Positions 19,195 through 28,809 of a stretch of DNA of 64,000 nucleotides are shown in pieces. The stretch is from positions 800,001 through 864,000 of the forward strand of contig CAWIGG010000002.1 of NCBI GenBank assembly GCA_963835575.1, in the 5' to 3' direction. Position 1 is the stretch's first letter, and the number at the start of each line of letters is the position of its first letter. The notes under the pieces are model-generated. The model did no database searches. It saw nothing but the letters and a program-made list of their open reading frames with translations, and was not told the origin of the DNA. The position numbers were made by a program, and so were the translations under genes. This DNA is from an uncultured Spirochaetota bacterium. Lineage in GTDB: Bacteria > Spirochaetota > Brevinematia > Brevinematales > JAOACQ01.

Positions 19195-19228
19195 ATTATA
19201 CCACATCCCCCGCGACACAGGACGTCCC
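19195..19228 (-). promoter_or_regulatory. Putative cas3 promoter: GGGACG-N5-TGTCGC operator with extended -10 TGTGGTATAAT
   Basis: Minus strand GGGACGTCCTGTGTCGC-N11-TATAAT, about 78 bp upstream of the cas3 ATG. Confidence 0.55.
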
Positions 19229-19317
19229 TGTACAAGATAAATAAAAACCGCGCAAATCCGCCTCATCCGTGCTGATCCGTGTGAAAAATCGGATTTTATA
19301 ATAAAGATTCTTTTATT

Positions 19318-19452
19318 GTCGAGCATATATTCGATATCCTGCTTGACAGTGCTCTTGTTCACCTCGAATTTTTTGCTGATTTTTGAAACAGTAATTTTTC
19401 CTGAGTCTTTGATGTGCCGATTTATGTAGGCAATGCGCTCTGAAAGGCTCAT
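19318..19452 (-). pseudogene. Truncated winged-HTH resembling the N-terminus of WYL-domain (or DeoR-type) regulators
   Basis: MSLSERIAYINRHIKDSGKITVSKISKKFEVNKSTVKQDIEYMLD (FEV..STV..DI HTH pattern); rest of the 19162..19458 ORF runs into repeat and promoter DNA. Confidence 0.6.
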
Positions 19453-19619
19453 ATCCACCCCCTTGTCATCAGTGAGCCGTCAAACCCCCGCTATTGCACA
19501 AAAAGATAACCAATTATACACCCGTCTTCATTTTAAAACCATATTTATTTGATTCTCTATATCAATAAGGCTAATTTTAATTTTTTCATTATGTTTCCCC
19601 CGTGGTTGCTTCCCGTTCC

Positions 19620-19996
19620 TCCGTTCCCGAGGCCATTTTCCATTAGCCATAATCTGCGCATTAAATATCTCAATATCAAGTCGTGCTATCCGCTTTAATA
19701 ATAGAAGAGATGAAGCACATTCTTTTGACACGGATGTCAAAACCGCCGCATAAAGCCACGCCCAGCACCACTTTGATTGCCCGTCCTCAAAGTGGTGCTG
19801 GGCAAGGACAGCGTAATAAGGCGGCTATTATAAACGGGAATCATAAATTCAATAGACGGATAGCACACATCCATATCATCAGACTTCTTAGTATGAAAAT
19901 GGCCTCGACCTGTTTTCTTTCTTTTTTGCTCCTTTTCTTTCTTTTCGAAAAGAAAGAAAAGGAGCTTCCCCCAACAGCCTGTCGGAATAAAAAATC
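19620..19996. repeat. Large palindromic/structured element, copy B
   Basis: Reverse-complement homolog of 9025-9402. Confidence 0.9.
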
Positions 19997-20071
19997 TCTT
20001 TAAATTTCATTAAAAAGAAAAGATTATCAAAAGAAAGTGACCCCCGCGGTAAGTGTTACCGCATAACACAT

Positions 20072-20108
20072 AAAAAAACCCGTAAGGTTAACTCCCTGCG
20101 GGTTTTTT
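20072..20108. terminator. Probable bidirectional intrinsic terminator
   Basis: AAAAAAACCCGTAAGG...CCCTGCGGGTTTTTT downstream of the 20130..21068 gene. Confidence 0.6.
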
Positions 20109-20129
20109 GTATTTTTGCGTGAAAAATAA

Positions 20130-21068
20130 TTATTCCAAGATTTCCTTTACATCGATGGTACCGCTCCATTGGGAATCCTTGATGATGTCTCCCCTTGCCC
20201 TGATCATCCTTCCGTTTTGTCTGAACAGGCTTTTCTTATAATCACCGATGACTTTGAGAGATATTCTGGACCGGGATTCGGGCTTGATGACCAGATAGAC
20301 TTCATTATCGCCCGTGCTGACTTCAACTTTTACATTAATAAAACCTTCATCGTCTTCGCCCTGTGTTTTGATTTCAATATCATGCGGACGGGACTTAACG
20401 TAATTTGTTATTGTAATGTAATTGGTTATGGTCAAATAAACATAATTTGTTATAGTTGCGATGTTGACCGTTGCCGGATTTCCGGCATTAATAACGCCCA
20501 GAATGGTTTTTATCTCGATTGTCCCGAACCTGCCGGTTTGCTTGTCTATTTCGCCTTTAACATCAATGATTTTTCCGTCATATTTAAAAAGCTCATTTCT
20601 CAATTTCCCGGTAACTTTCAGGTAAAGCTTTGATTCGGAATCCCAATTCTGGATGAAAAACACTTCATTACGTTTCAAAGTTGCTTCTATTTTACCCCTG
20701 TAGACTTCTCTGTTATCAATAATCACAGGTGCAGAAGAATACTGACCTGCCGCTGTGCTGATTATTTCATAGATATCAATAGTGCCCAGACTGGCGGTCT
20801 GTTTTTGAATGATGCCTTTAACTGTAATTATCTGGCCGTCATATTTGAAAAGCTCATTTCTGTATCTTCCAGTGATTTTCAATAATGCTTTTGCGGAAGA
20901 ATCCCAGTTTAATATAAAGAATACTTCATCACGCTTCAGCGTGACCTGGATTTTGCCCTTGCATACATCTTTGAGATTGGGGCTAATCATGTTCCCATTA
21001 TCGGGTTCGCCGGCAAAACCGCCTCTGAAGAAAGCTAATAAACATAAACTTAAAATAATAGTTTTCAT
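20130..21068 (-). CDS. Secreted hypothetical protein with three ~65-aa repeats
   Basis: Signal peptide; three copies of K.EV.....EV(F/Y)....S...LK.(T/I)G.....LF..(D/N)G..I...G.I.K.....GTI.....I; ITNY-rich linker. Confidence 0.75.
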   Translation of the reverse strand: MKTIILSLCLLAFFRGGFAGEPDNGNMISPNLKDVCKGKIQVTLKRDEVFFILNWDSSAKALLKITGRYRNELFKYDGQIITVKGIIQKQTASLGTIDIYEIISTAAGQYSSAPVIIDNREVYRGKIEATLKRNEVFFIQNWDSESKLYLKVTGKLRNELFKYDGKIIDVKGEIDKQTGRFGTIEIKTILGVINAGNPATVNIATITNYVYLTITNYITITNYVKSRPHDIEIKTQGEDDEGFINVKVEVSTGDNEVYLVIKPESRSRISLKVIGDYKKSLFRQNGRMIRARGDIIKDSQWSGTIDVKEILE

Positions 21069-21309
21069 TTTATTCTCCTTTGTTTTACTCTGAATATTAT
21101 TATAACAGGGTATTTATTTAATTGAAAAGCATTTTAATAAATTTTATATTTATAACAAAATTATTTCAACAATTTTTAATTCTCAGTTATGGCAACTCTT
21201 TATTTATTTTAAGTTTTATTTTAGAATATGCCGTTTACATTATCTAAAGCAGTTCAAAAAACCTGAAACATTTTGGAACTGACAATAATTTTAAAGCTGG
21301 AGAGTATCA

Positions 21310-21720
21310 ATGCCGGTTAATTTATTTGAGCGTTTAAAAGTGGTCAATGACGCGTTTTTTCAAATGCCTGAATTGCCTTGTATTAAATGGAGCAGGGGAG
21401 TCATAAAGAAAAAATACCGTAAACTCACATTCGGGACTTATGATATCAAAAGAGATCAGATCAGGATCCACCCGATATTGGAAAATGAAGCCGTTCCCGC
21501 TATTGTATTGAATTTTGTCATTTATCATGAGCTTCTGCATTATCAGGACAGGGACGCCTTAAAGGAAAGGTACAAAACGCCTTTCTTCCATAAAAGATCG
21601 TCGCACAAAGTGCATAATCCGCATTTTCACCGGCGTGAAAAAGCTTTTCCTGAAAAAAAGGAAGCGACAAAAATCATGCGCGAATTGACCCTGGGCACCT
21701 ATTGGAAAAATAAATATTAG
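21310..21720 (+). CDS. SprT/YgjP-like small zinc metalloprotease
   Basis: FGTY...IRIHPIL, VIYHELLH, downstream H...F...E. Confidence 0.75.
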   Translation: MPVNLFERLKVVNDAFFQMPELPCIKWSRGVIKKKYRKLTFGTYDIKRDQIRIHPILENEAVPAIVLNFVIYHELLHYQDRDALKERYKTPFFHKRSSHKVHNPHFHRREKAFPEKKEATKIMRELTLGTYWKNKY

Positions 21721-21865
21721 CCTTGCAGGCAAAGTGCCGATGTAGTTTATGGGGCTGAAGATGATTTTAAGGCCTTTCCGGGTATTGATATTCATAAACC
21801 TTGAATAATTTTTGAAAGCCAGTTAAAATATAAATTAAAATTTAGAAATGAGGGAAGGAGAATAT

Positions 21866-22894
21866 ATGAACTTTTTTTCTGTAATAAAAGACGCTTTTGT
21901 CAATGATCTGGCGATTGATCTGGGCACTGCGAATACCCTCATTTATATAAAGGGACAGGGCATTGTTCTTTCCGAGCCTTCCGTTGTCGCGATCCAGACC
22001 GGCACGGGGAAAGTAATGGCGGTGGGGAAAGAAGCGAAGAATATGCTGGGCAAAACCCCCGGGGATATTGTGGCCATCCGCCCGATGAGAGAGGGGGTGA
22101 TCGCAGATTTTGAAGTTGTCGGAAAAATGATGAAATATTTTATCTCAAAAAGCCAGACGCGGCGGAAACTGGTCCATCCCCGCGTCGTTATCGGCGTGCC
22201 TTCCGGAGTGACGGAAGTGGAAAGAAGGGCCGTAAGGGAAGCGGCCGAACAGGCCGGCGCGACAAAAATCTATCTGATAGAAGCGCCTAAAGCCGCGGCC
22301 CTCGGAGCGAACATTCCCATTGATGAACCGGCCGGACATATGGTAATCGATATCGGCGGAGGCACGACCGAGGTCGCTGTTCTGTCGCTGGGGGGAATCG
22401 TGATCAGCAACTCCATCCGCGTCGGCGGCGATAAATTCGACGAAGCAATCATGTCTCATCTGAAAAAATACCATAACCTGATCGTCGGCGAGAAAACGGC
22501 CGAGGAGCTCAAGATAAAGATCGGCAGCGCTTATCCTTTGAAAACCGTGGAAACAATGGAAATAAAAGGAAGGGACGCTATCAGCGGCCTGCCGAGAATA
22601 CTTAAAATCGACAGCGTTAAGGTCAGGGAAGCTCTTCAGGAAACCGTCAATAAAGTGCTGGACGCCGTCAGGCAGACGCTTGACCAGACGCCGCCGGAAC
22701 TTTCCTCGGACATAATCGAGAGGGGTGTTGTCATGGCGGGAGGCGGGTCTCTTTTGCGCGGTTTGCCTAAATTTATTTCAAAGAATACGGGAGTGCCCGT
22801 GTTTTTATCTGAAAATCCTCTTACCTGTGATGTACTGGGTGCGGGTAAATATCTTGAGAATATTAAAAAATATGAAAATCAGTATTATGGATAG
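21866..22894 (+). CDS. mreB: Rod shape-determining actin MreB
   Basis: [46 protein letters not shown]; start taken at the ATG after GAAGGAG. Confidence 0.97.
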   Translation: MNFFSVIKDAFVNDLAIDLGTANTLIYIKGQGIVLSEPSVVAIQTGTGKVMAVGKEAKNMLGKTPGDIVAIRPMREGVIADFEVVGKMMKYFISKSQTRRKLVHPRVVIGVPSGVTEVERRAVREAAEQAGATKIYLIEAPKAAALGANIPIDEPAGHMVIDIGGGTTEVAVLSLGGIVISNSIRVGGDKFDEAIMSHLKKYHNLIVGEKTAEELKIKIGSAYPLKTVETMEIKGRDAISGLPRILKIDSVKVREALQETVNKVLDAVRQTLDQTPPELSSDIIERGVVMAGGGSLLRGLPKFISKNTGVPVFLSENPLTCDVLGAGKYLENIKKYENQYYG

Positions 22895-22913
22895 GGGCGA
22901 TTGGTAATATCCA

Positions 22914-23793
22914 ATGCAAAACCTTTATTTTTATAAGAACAAACCTTTCGTTTTTTCTGATCCTTCTCCTTTCCATTTCGGTTTGTCTGATGTTTTTCCA
23001 GGTCCGGTTTAATTTTTTAAACCTCAGGCCGGTATTCTTTTTTATCACATACCCTGTTCAATATTCCCTTAAAGCCATAGGGGATTTTTTCTCAAATTCT
23101 TTTGTCGGCATTTCCAAAATTCAGGAATTGGAAGATGAATTAAAAACAACGAGGGAGAGCCTGGACAAGTATAAGAGGACTCTTCTGCCTTTTTCTCAGC
23201 TGCAGAAAGACAATGAGGAATATAAAAAGATTCTGGGTGTAAAGTCCAAAATTGATTATAATACAAAATATGCCCGCATTGTATTCAGGGACCCCAGTTT
23301 GACCGGGGATTATTTTATTGTTGATAAAGGCGCGTTTGACGGACTTAAAGAAAATATGCCGGTGATTTCATATAATGAGGACGGGAATATTTATTTAATA
23401 GGTAAAACATCGGAAGTCAATCTTTCCGCGGCCAAGGTCAAGCTGATCACGGCGGCGGATTCTTTCATCGGCGTGGCGCTCAAATCCAGCGGATATGTCG
23501 GCGTTCTCAGGGGCAACGGTTCCTGGAACCAGAACTGCATCGCGGAGTATATTCCGATTGAGGCCGACACTTTCGCGGGAGAGGAAGTTGTCACATCCGG
23601 CGAAAGCGATATATTTCCCCCCGGTTTATTGATAGGACATGTAGTGGGCATCGGTAAAGCGCCTGTCGAGGAATTTTTTAAAAAGCTCTATGTAAAGCCT
23701 GAGTTTAAATACTCAAAAACCAGAAATGTTTTTATCATGGAATGGAAGCCCAATGTGGATGTCGGAAATCTGATAGAACATACGAGCGAGTAG
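22914..23793 (+). CDS. mreC: MreC (apparent frameshift in T6 tract near the 5' end; in-frame ORF 22990..23793)
   Basis: Coiled coil, IVDKG..DG...NMPV, VVTSG..IFPPGLLIG; lies between mreB and mreD. Confidence 0.88.
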
Positions 23794-23797
23794 GGAT

Positions 23798-24298
23798 ATG
23801 AAGAAAGGATTATTCAGAAATATTGTCTTCGGATTGATCATTTGTCTGCTGCTGGCCCTTCAGATGTCTTCGGTCATTTCGATTTTCAGGATAAATCCTG
23901 ATTTATTATTGATCCTCTGCATACTTCACACCATTAACAGAGGAGAATTGAAAGGCGAAATATTCGGTTTTATTATCGGGATTTCAGTCGATGTTTTCAG
24001 CGGCGAGATATTCGGCATCAACGCATTTGTTTTTACTTTTATCAGCTGGTTTACCGGCATTTACAGAAAATACATATTTGTTTCGGACGTTGTGGCCTAT
24101 TTGATATATCTGGGAATCGCCACTATAATAAAATATGTCCTGTTTGTGCTGCTGAGCCTGATTTTTAAGGGCGTCTGGATCATGGACGGAATGCTTCTGC
24201 TCAATATGGGCGGTGAGATTGTTTATAATATTCTGATAGGGACTTTGTTTTTCTACCTGTCGCCTTTTCTTTATAAAAAAGAGGAATTTTCATATTAA
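23798..24298 (+). CDS. mreD: MreD
   Basis: Hydrophobic 166 aa; PDLLLI, GFIIG..D.FSG; follows mreC. Confidence 0.9.
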   Translation: MKKGLFRNIVFGLIICLLLALQMSSVISIFRINPDLLLILCILHTINRGELKGEIFGFIIGISVDVFSGEIFGINAFVFTFISWFTGIYRKYIFVSDVVAYLIYLGIATIIKYVLFVLLSLIFKGVWIMDGMLLLNMGGEIVYNILIGTLFFYLSPFLYKKEEFSY

Positions 24299-24300
24299 TT

Positions 24301-24374
<74 letters not shown>

Positions 24375-24386
24375 GTTTTTATATAG

Positions 24387-24503
24387 GGCATTTCCAAAAA
24401 CAACCATATATACCAAATTGGTGTTTTTGGAAATGCCTAAAGATATTGTACCTGGAGAATAATATGTTCTTAAATATTAACTATTTTGTTGGTTTTTAGA
24501 ACT
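24387..24503. repeat. REP-like hairpin plus ~75-bp dispersed repeat (second copy 63308-63381)
   Basis: GGCATTTCCAAAAAC/GTTTTTGGAAATGCC hairpin; 24429-24503 aligns with 63308-63381. Confidence 0.75.
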
Positions 24504-24514
24504 TTTCTGTATTT

Positions 24515-26341
24515 ATGAATCAAATTGAATTATTATCCCCCGCTAAGGATCTGGAATGCGGCATCGCGGCCATAAACTGCGGCGCCGACGCTGTTTATAT
24601 CGGCGCGAGAAAATTCGGCGCCAGGTCAGCCGCGTCCAACGATCATCTTAATATTGAAAAACTGGCATCTTACGCGCATCAATATAAAGCAAAAATCTAT
24701 ATTACTCTCAACACAATACTTTTTGATCATGAACTGGATGAAGCCCGGAAAATCGCTTATGAAGTTTACGATGCCGGAGCGGACGCGCTTATTATTCAGG
24801 ATATGGGCCTCTTAGAAATCGATATGCCGCCCCTGCCGCTCATCGCCAGCACTCAGATGAATAACCGGGACCGGCAGAAGATCAAATTTCTTGAGGATAC
24901 CGGTTTTAAAAGGGCGATTCTCGCCAGGGAATTGACTCTTGCCGAAATTAAAGAAATCAGGGCGCATACAAAATTGGAACTGGAGTTTTTTATCCATGGC
25001 GCCCTCTGCGTTTCCTACAGCGGCCGCTGTTATTTCAGCCAGGCGGTCTGTGGAAGAAGCGGCAACAGGGGTGTCTGCTCTCAGCCCTGCCGCATGTTTT
25101 ACAACCTCATGGATGAAAAAGGAAATATTATCGGCAGGGAAAAGTATTTTCTTTCGCTCAAGGACCTCAATCTCTCGGATTCCATAGAGCCATTGCTGGA
25201 CGCGGGGATCACTTCTTTTAAAATAGAGGGCAGGCTTAAGGATGAAAGTTATATTAAAAATATTGTCAGTTATTATAGGAAAAGGTTCGATGATATATTG
25301 GATAAAAAAGGCCTTGCCCGGTCCTCAACCGGCGAAAGCCGCATCAATTTCGAACCTGGCCCGTATAAGACATTCAACAGGGGTTATACGGATCATTTTA
25401 TAAACGGGAGGAAAAAAGGGATCATATCTCTTCATACCCAGAAATCGATCGGGGAATACATCGGAGATGTCAAGGAAAAAGTCAATGATTATTTTATCAT
25501 AAATTATGATGACGCTGATAAAAAAATGCTTCATAACGGCGACGGGATATGTTTTTTTAATGATCAAAACGTTCTCTGCGGCATGGCCGCCAGTAAAGTT
25601 GAAAACCGGAAGATTTATCCTTTCGATAACCGGTGGATCAGTGAAGGGTATAAAATTTACAGAAATCATGATCATGCGTTTATTCAGTTATTAAAAGGCG
25701 GTAAAATTGAAAGGAAAATCGCCGTTGAAATAAAATGCGCTGAGACCGATGACGGTTTAAAGCTGGAAGCGCTCGATGAAGACGGCATACAAGCGGAATT
25801 AATCGTCAAAATGGATAAAAAAACAGCGGAAAATAAGGAAGCCGCCGTCCAGACGCTTGATAGAAATATGACGAAATTAGGCGATACTATCTATTACTGC
25901 AGAAAACTTACAGTTAATGTAAAAACCCCGCTTTTTATGCCTGTAAAGATGATCAATTCAATGAGAAGAGAGCTTATATTGAAATTAGAAGAAGCAGGAA
26001 TAAAAGCATATCGCCGGGAAACCGCCCCTATAGTAAAGAATACTGTTCCCTATCCTGAAAAAGAACTGGATTATACATATAATGTCCTTAATCAGAAAGC
26101 AAGGGAATTTTATTTCCGCCATGGCGTGAAAAAAATCGATGACGCGGCCGAAAGCGGTCTGGATTTAAAAGGGAAAAAAATCATGACCAGCAGGTATTGT
26201 CTGAAATACGAGCTGGGCGAGTGTGAAAAGGAAAATACCGGATTGTCTAAACAAAGGAAGCTTTATTTAACCGACGGCAGAAATAAATACGCTTTGAAAT
26301 TCAACTGCGGCAGATGTGAAATGGAAATATATCTTGAATGA
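24515..26341 (+). CDS. rlhA: Peptidase U32 family protein with DUF3656-like C-terminus (RlhA-like rRNA hydroxylation factor)
   Basis: ELLSPA, GADAVYIG, HGALCVSYSGRC, RSGNRGVCSQPCR, KIEGRLK, FNRGYT. Confidence 0.8.
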   Translation: MNQIELLSPAKDLECGIAAINCGADAVYIGARKFGARSAASNDHLNIEKLASYAHQYKAKIYITLNTILFDHELDEARKIAYEVYDAGADALIIQDMGLLEIDMPPLPLIASTQMNNRDRQKIKFLEDTGFKRAILARELTLAEIKEIRAHTKLELEFFIHGALCVSYSGRCYFSQAVCGRSGNRGVCSQPCRMFYNLMDEKGNIIGREKYFLSLKDLNLSDSIEPLLDAGITSFKIEGRLKDESYIKNIVSYYRKRFDDILDKKGLARSSTGESRINFEPGPYKTFNRGYTDHFINGRKKGIISLHTQKSIGEYIGDVKEKVNDYFIINYDDADKKMLHNGDGICFFNDQNVLCGMAASKVENRKIYPFDNRWISEGYKIYRNHDHAFIQLLKGGKIERKIAVEIKCAETDDGLKLEALDEDGIQAELIVKMDKKTAENKEAAVQTLDRNMTKLGDTIYYCRKLTVNVKTPLFMPVKMINSMRRELILKLEEAGIKAYRRETAPIVKNTVPYPEKELDYTYNVLNQKAREFYFRHGVKKIDDAAESGLDLKGKKIMTSRYCLKYELGECEKENTGLSKQRKLYLTDGRNKYALKFNCGRCEMEIYLE

Positions 26342-26415
26342 AAATAATGAATGCCGTATTGTACAATTCTATATAAAACCCTATAATACAAACTACATTT
26401 TATAAGGATTAACAT

Positions 26416-27396
26416 ATGGTTTCTATCGGAGAATTCGCCCTTATCGATAAAATTAAAAAAAGTTTTAAACCTCTCGATCTGTCTGTCATAGGGATCGGCG
26501 ATGACGCGGCTGTAATAAAAAAAAGCAAAAATAAAGAAATGCTCATCACGACAGACACGCTGGTTGAAGGCGTCCATTTCCTGCCGGGAAATACCAAATA
26601 CTCCCATCTGGGCTATAAAGCCATTGCGGTCAATATCAGCGATATCGCGGCCATGGGCGGGACACCTTCTTACGCCCTGCTGACGCTGGGAATTACCGAT
26701 AATACAAAAGATTCCGAAATCGATGAACTGATAGAAGGGATGCTGCTCATCCGTAAAAAATGTCCTTATGATCTCATAGGCGGCGATATTGTTCATTCAA
26801 AGACATTTTTTATTACCATTGCCATGATAGGTTTCTTGAAAAAAAAGCCTCTGCTGAGAAGTTCGGCAGGGAAAGGCGATTATATTTACCTGACGGGGAA
26901 TATCGGCGGCAGCGGCATAGGGCTTTCTATCATTAAAAATACGCTTAAATACCCTGTAAAAAATCAAGATTACTTTATTCAAAAACATTTCCTTCCTGAA
27001 ATACGCGTCGAACTGATGCAGTATCTCAGGAAGCATTATAGAATGGGCGCCGCCATAGATATCAGCGACGGTGTTTTGTCCGATCTCATACACATCGCAG
27101 AAGAGAGCGGAACAGGTTTTAAAATTGATATCGATAAACTGCCGGTTTCTTCCGATAAAATAGGGGACGCTTTTTATCGGGACGAGTATTATTTTTATGA
27201 AATGGCCCTTGGTTCCGGCGAAGACTATGAGATCCTCTTTACATCGCCGGACCAATTGAACAGAGAAAAGATACTTCAGGATACAGGAACAGCTGTCGCC
27301 TGCATAGGCCGTATTGAGCCTGAAGACATGGAAGCATACTACAAAGGAAAGAAACTGGATATCAATATATTAAAAAAAGGATATACACACTTTTAA
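26416..27396 (+). CDS. thiL: Thiamine-monophosphate kinase
   Basis: GEFALI, GIGDDAA, EGVHF, NISDIAAMGG, GGD, IDISDG, GEDYE. Confidence 0.95.
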   Translation: MVSIGEFALIDKIKKSFKPLDLSVIGIGDDAAVIKKSKNKEMLITTDTLVEGVHFLPGNTKYSHLGYKAIAVNISDIAAMGGTPSYALLTLGITDNTKDSEIDELIEGMLLIRKKCPYDLIGGDIVHSKTFFITIAMIGFLKKKPLLRSSAGKGDYIYLTGNIGGSGIGLSIIKNTLKYPVKNQDYFIQKHFLPEIRVELMQYLRKHYRMGAAIDISDGVLSDLIHIAEESGTGFKIDIDKLPVSSDKIGDAFYRDEYYFYEMALGSGEDYEILFTSPDQLNREKILQDTGTAVACIGRIEPEDMEAYYKGKKLDINILKKGYTHF

Positions 27397-27457
27397 GCAT
27401 ATCCAAAAACTAAAGGTTTTTGGATATGCCCGGTTAAATGAGAGAGGAGCGATTAAA

Positions 27458-28501
27458 ATGAAAAAGTCTTTTTTTGATGTCCACTTTCATATATTTAACG
27501 TGACGCATATACCGATGATGACAATGCTTAAAAGGTATGGTTTGCCGCTTCAAATCGGAATAATGAACTGGAGCTGGTTAAAAATAGATGACCGGGTCAG
27601 GAAATATGTCCAGTTATCCGAATACCCGGTTTTAGACATATTATTAACAATTGAGAAAGAGATCCTGGAATCCTTTCCTGAAGCCGCTGATTTTGAGGCA
27701 CCCGAAGAAATAGTCCTGACCCCTTTATTAATGAATTTTGAATATGAAGACGGTTTAAAAACAATCAGGGTCCAGATTGATGATACCCAAAAGGCCGTTA
27801 AAGAATTTCTGAAAATGCTCCATAAAATTCCCGTTAAAGTATATCCTTTTCTGGCCGTTGAACCGACAAAAAAAGACGCCGTTCCCCTGATAAAGAAATA
27901 TATTAAAAGGAAAAAAGGCGTCTCCAAAATTAAAAACGGCGATTTTATCGGCGTTAAAGTTTATCCTCCCCTGGGTTTGAATATTGATCTGGATATTTAT
28001 CCGCAGCTGCGTGATTTTTTTGATTATTGCCTTAAAAATGACATTCCCATTACAACTCATACGGCGCCCGGCGGATTCATATCAAAAAACATTACACATA
28101 ACAGTCTTGCTAATTCTTACTGCAATCCCGATAAGTGGGGACCGGTTCTGGAAGCCTATCCGGGGCTCCGGGTCAATTTCGCTCATTTCGGGGCTTTTAA
28201 ATATTCCTGGAAGAATACGATCATCAAATTCATGAAAAAATACAAAAACGTCTATTCGGATGTCTCTTCGGTCCTCAATTTCAGGTTTCTCTGGTTCAAT
28301 CATTTCGGCCTGTTAAAAAAGCTGGTCAGTCATCCGTTGATAGGGGAAAGGATGTTGTACGGCACGGATTATTATATAGTCATGCCGTTTATACGTAATT
28401 ACGGTTTTTATAAGGATTATTTATTACCTGTTATAAAGCATCTGAAAGGCAGTTTTTATAAAATAGCCGAGGATAATCCGAAAAAATTTCTCAGATTATA
28501 A
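27458..28501 (+). CDS. Amidohydrolase_2 family metal-dependent hydrolase
   Basis: FDVHFH, GVKVYPPLG, PITTH, NFAHFG, VYSDVS, YGTDY. Confidence 0.85.
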   Translation: MKKSFFDVHFHIFNVTHIPMMTMLKRYGLPLQIGIMNWSWLKIDDRVRKYVQLSEYPVLDILLTIEKEILESFPEAADFEAPEEIVLTPLLMNFEYEDGLKTIRVQIDDTQKAVKEFLKMLHKIPVKVYPFLAVEPTKKDAVPLIKKYIKRKKGVSKIKNGDFIGVKVYPPLGLNIDLDIYPQLRDFFDYCLKNDIPITTHTAPGGFISKNITHNSLANSYCNPDKWGPVLEAYPGLRVNFAHFGAFKYSWKNTIIKFMKKYKNVYSDVSSVLNFRFLWFNHFGLLKKLVSHPLIGERMLYGTDYYIVMPFIRNYGFYKDYLLPVIKHLKGSFYKIAEDNPKKFLRL

Positions 28502-28556
28502 TAAAACAAAAAATGGATTATTCATTTTTTTATTTAAAAATAACTTATATATTATT

Positions 28557-28597
28557 GCGGTTTTCCACCCCGCGCGAAGCGCGGGGTGGAAAACCGC
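28557..28597. repeat. Perfect 19-bp GC-rich hairpin with GAA loop
   Basis: GCGGTTTTCCACCCCGCGC-GAA-GCGCGGGGTGGAAAACCGC. Confidence 0.7.
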
Positions 28598-28809
28598 CTA
28601 TTAATTAGCTTAGTAATTTATTAAAAGTATCGCCCATTTCAGGGAAAAGTTAGAATCATGCTTATGCTGTATTGATTTTATAAGAATTAGTTTTACAATA
28701 TTAGCAAATTTATCAAAGCTGTGGTAAAATCAAATTAATTGGGGAAAACTGGAATTACCTTCATTAAATCAGGGTTTTTTAACCGGTACAAAGCAGTAAG
28801 GAGGAACGC

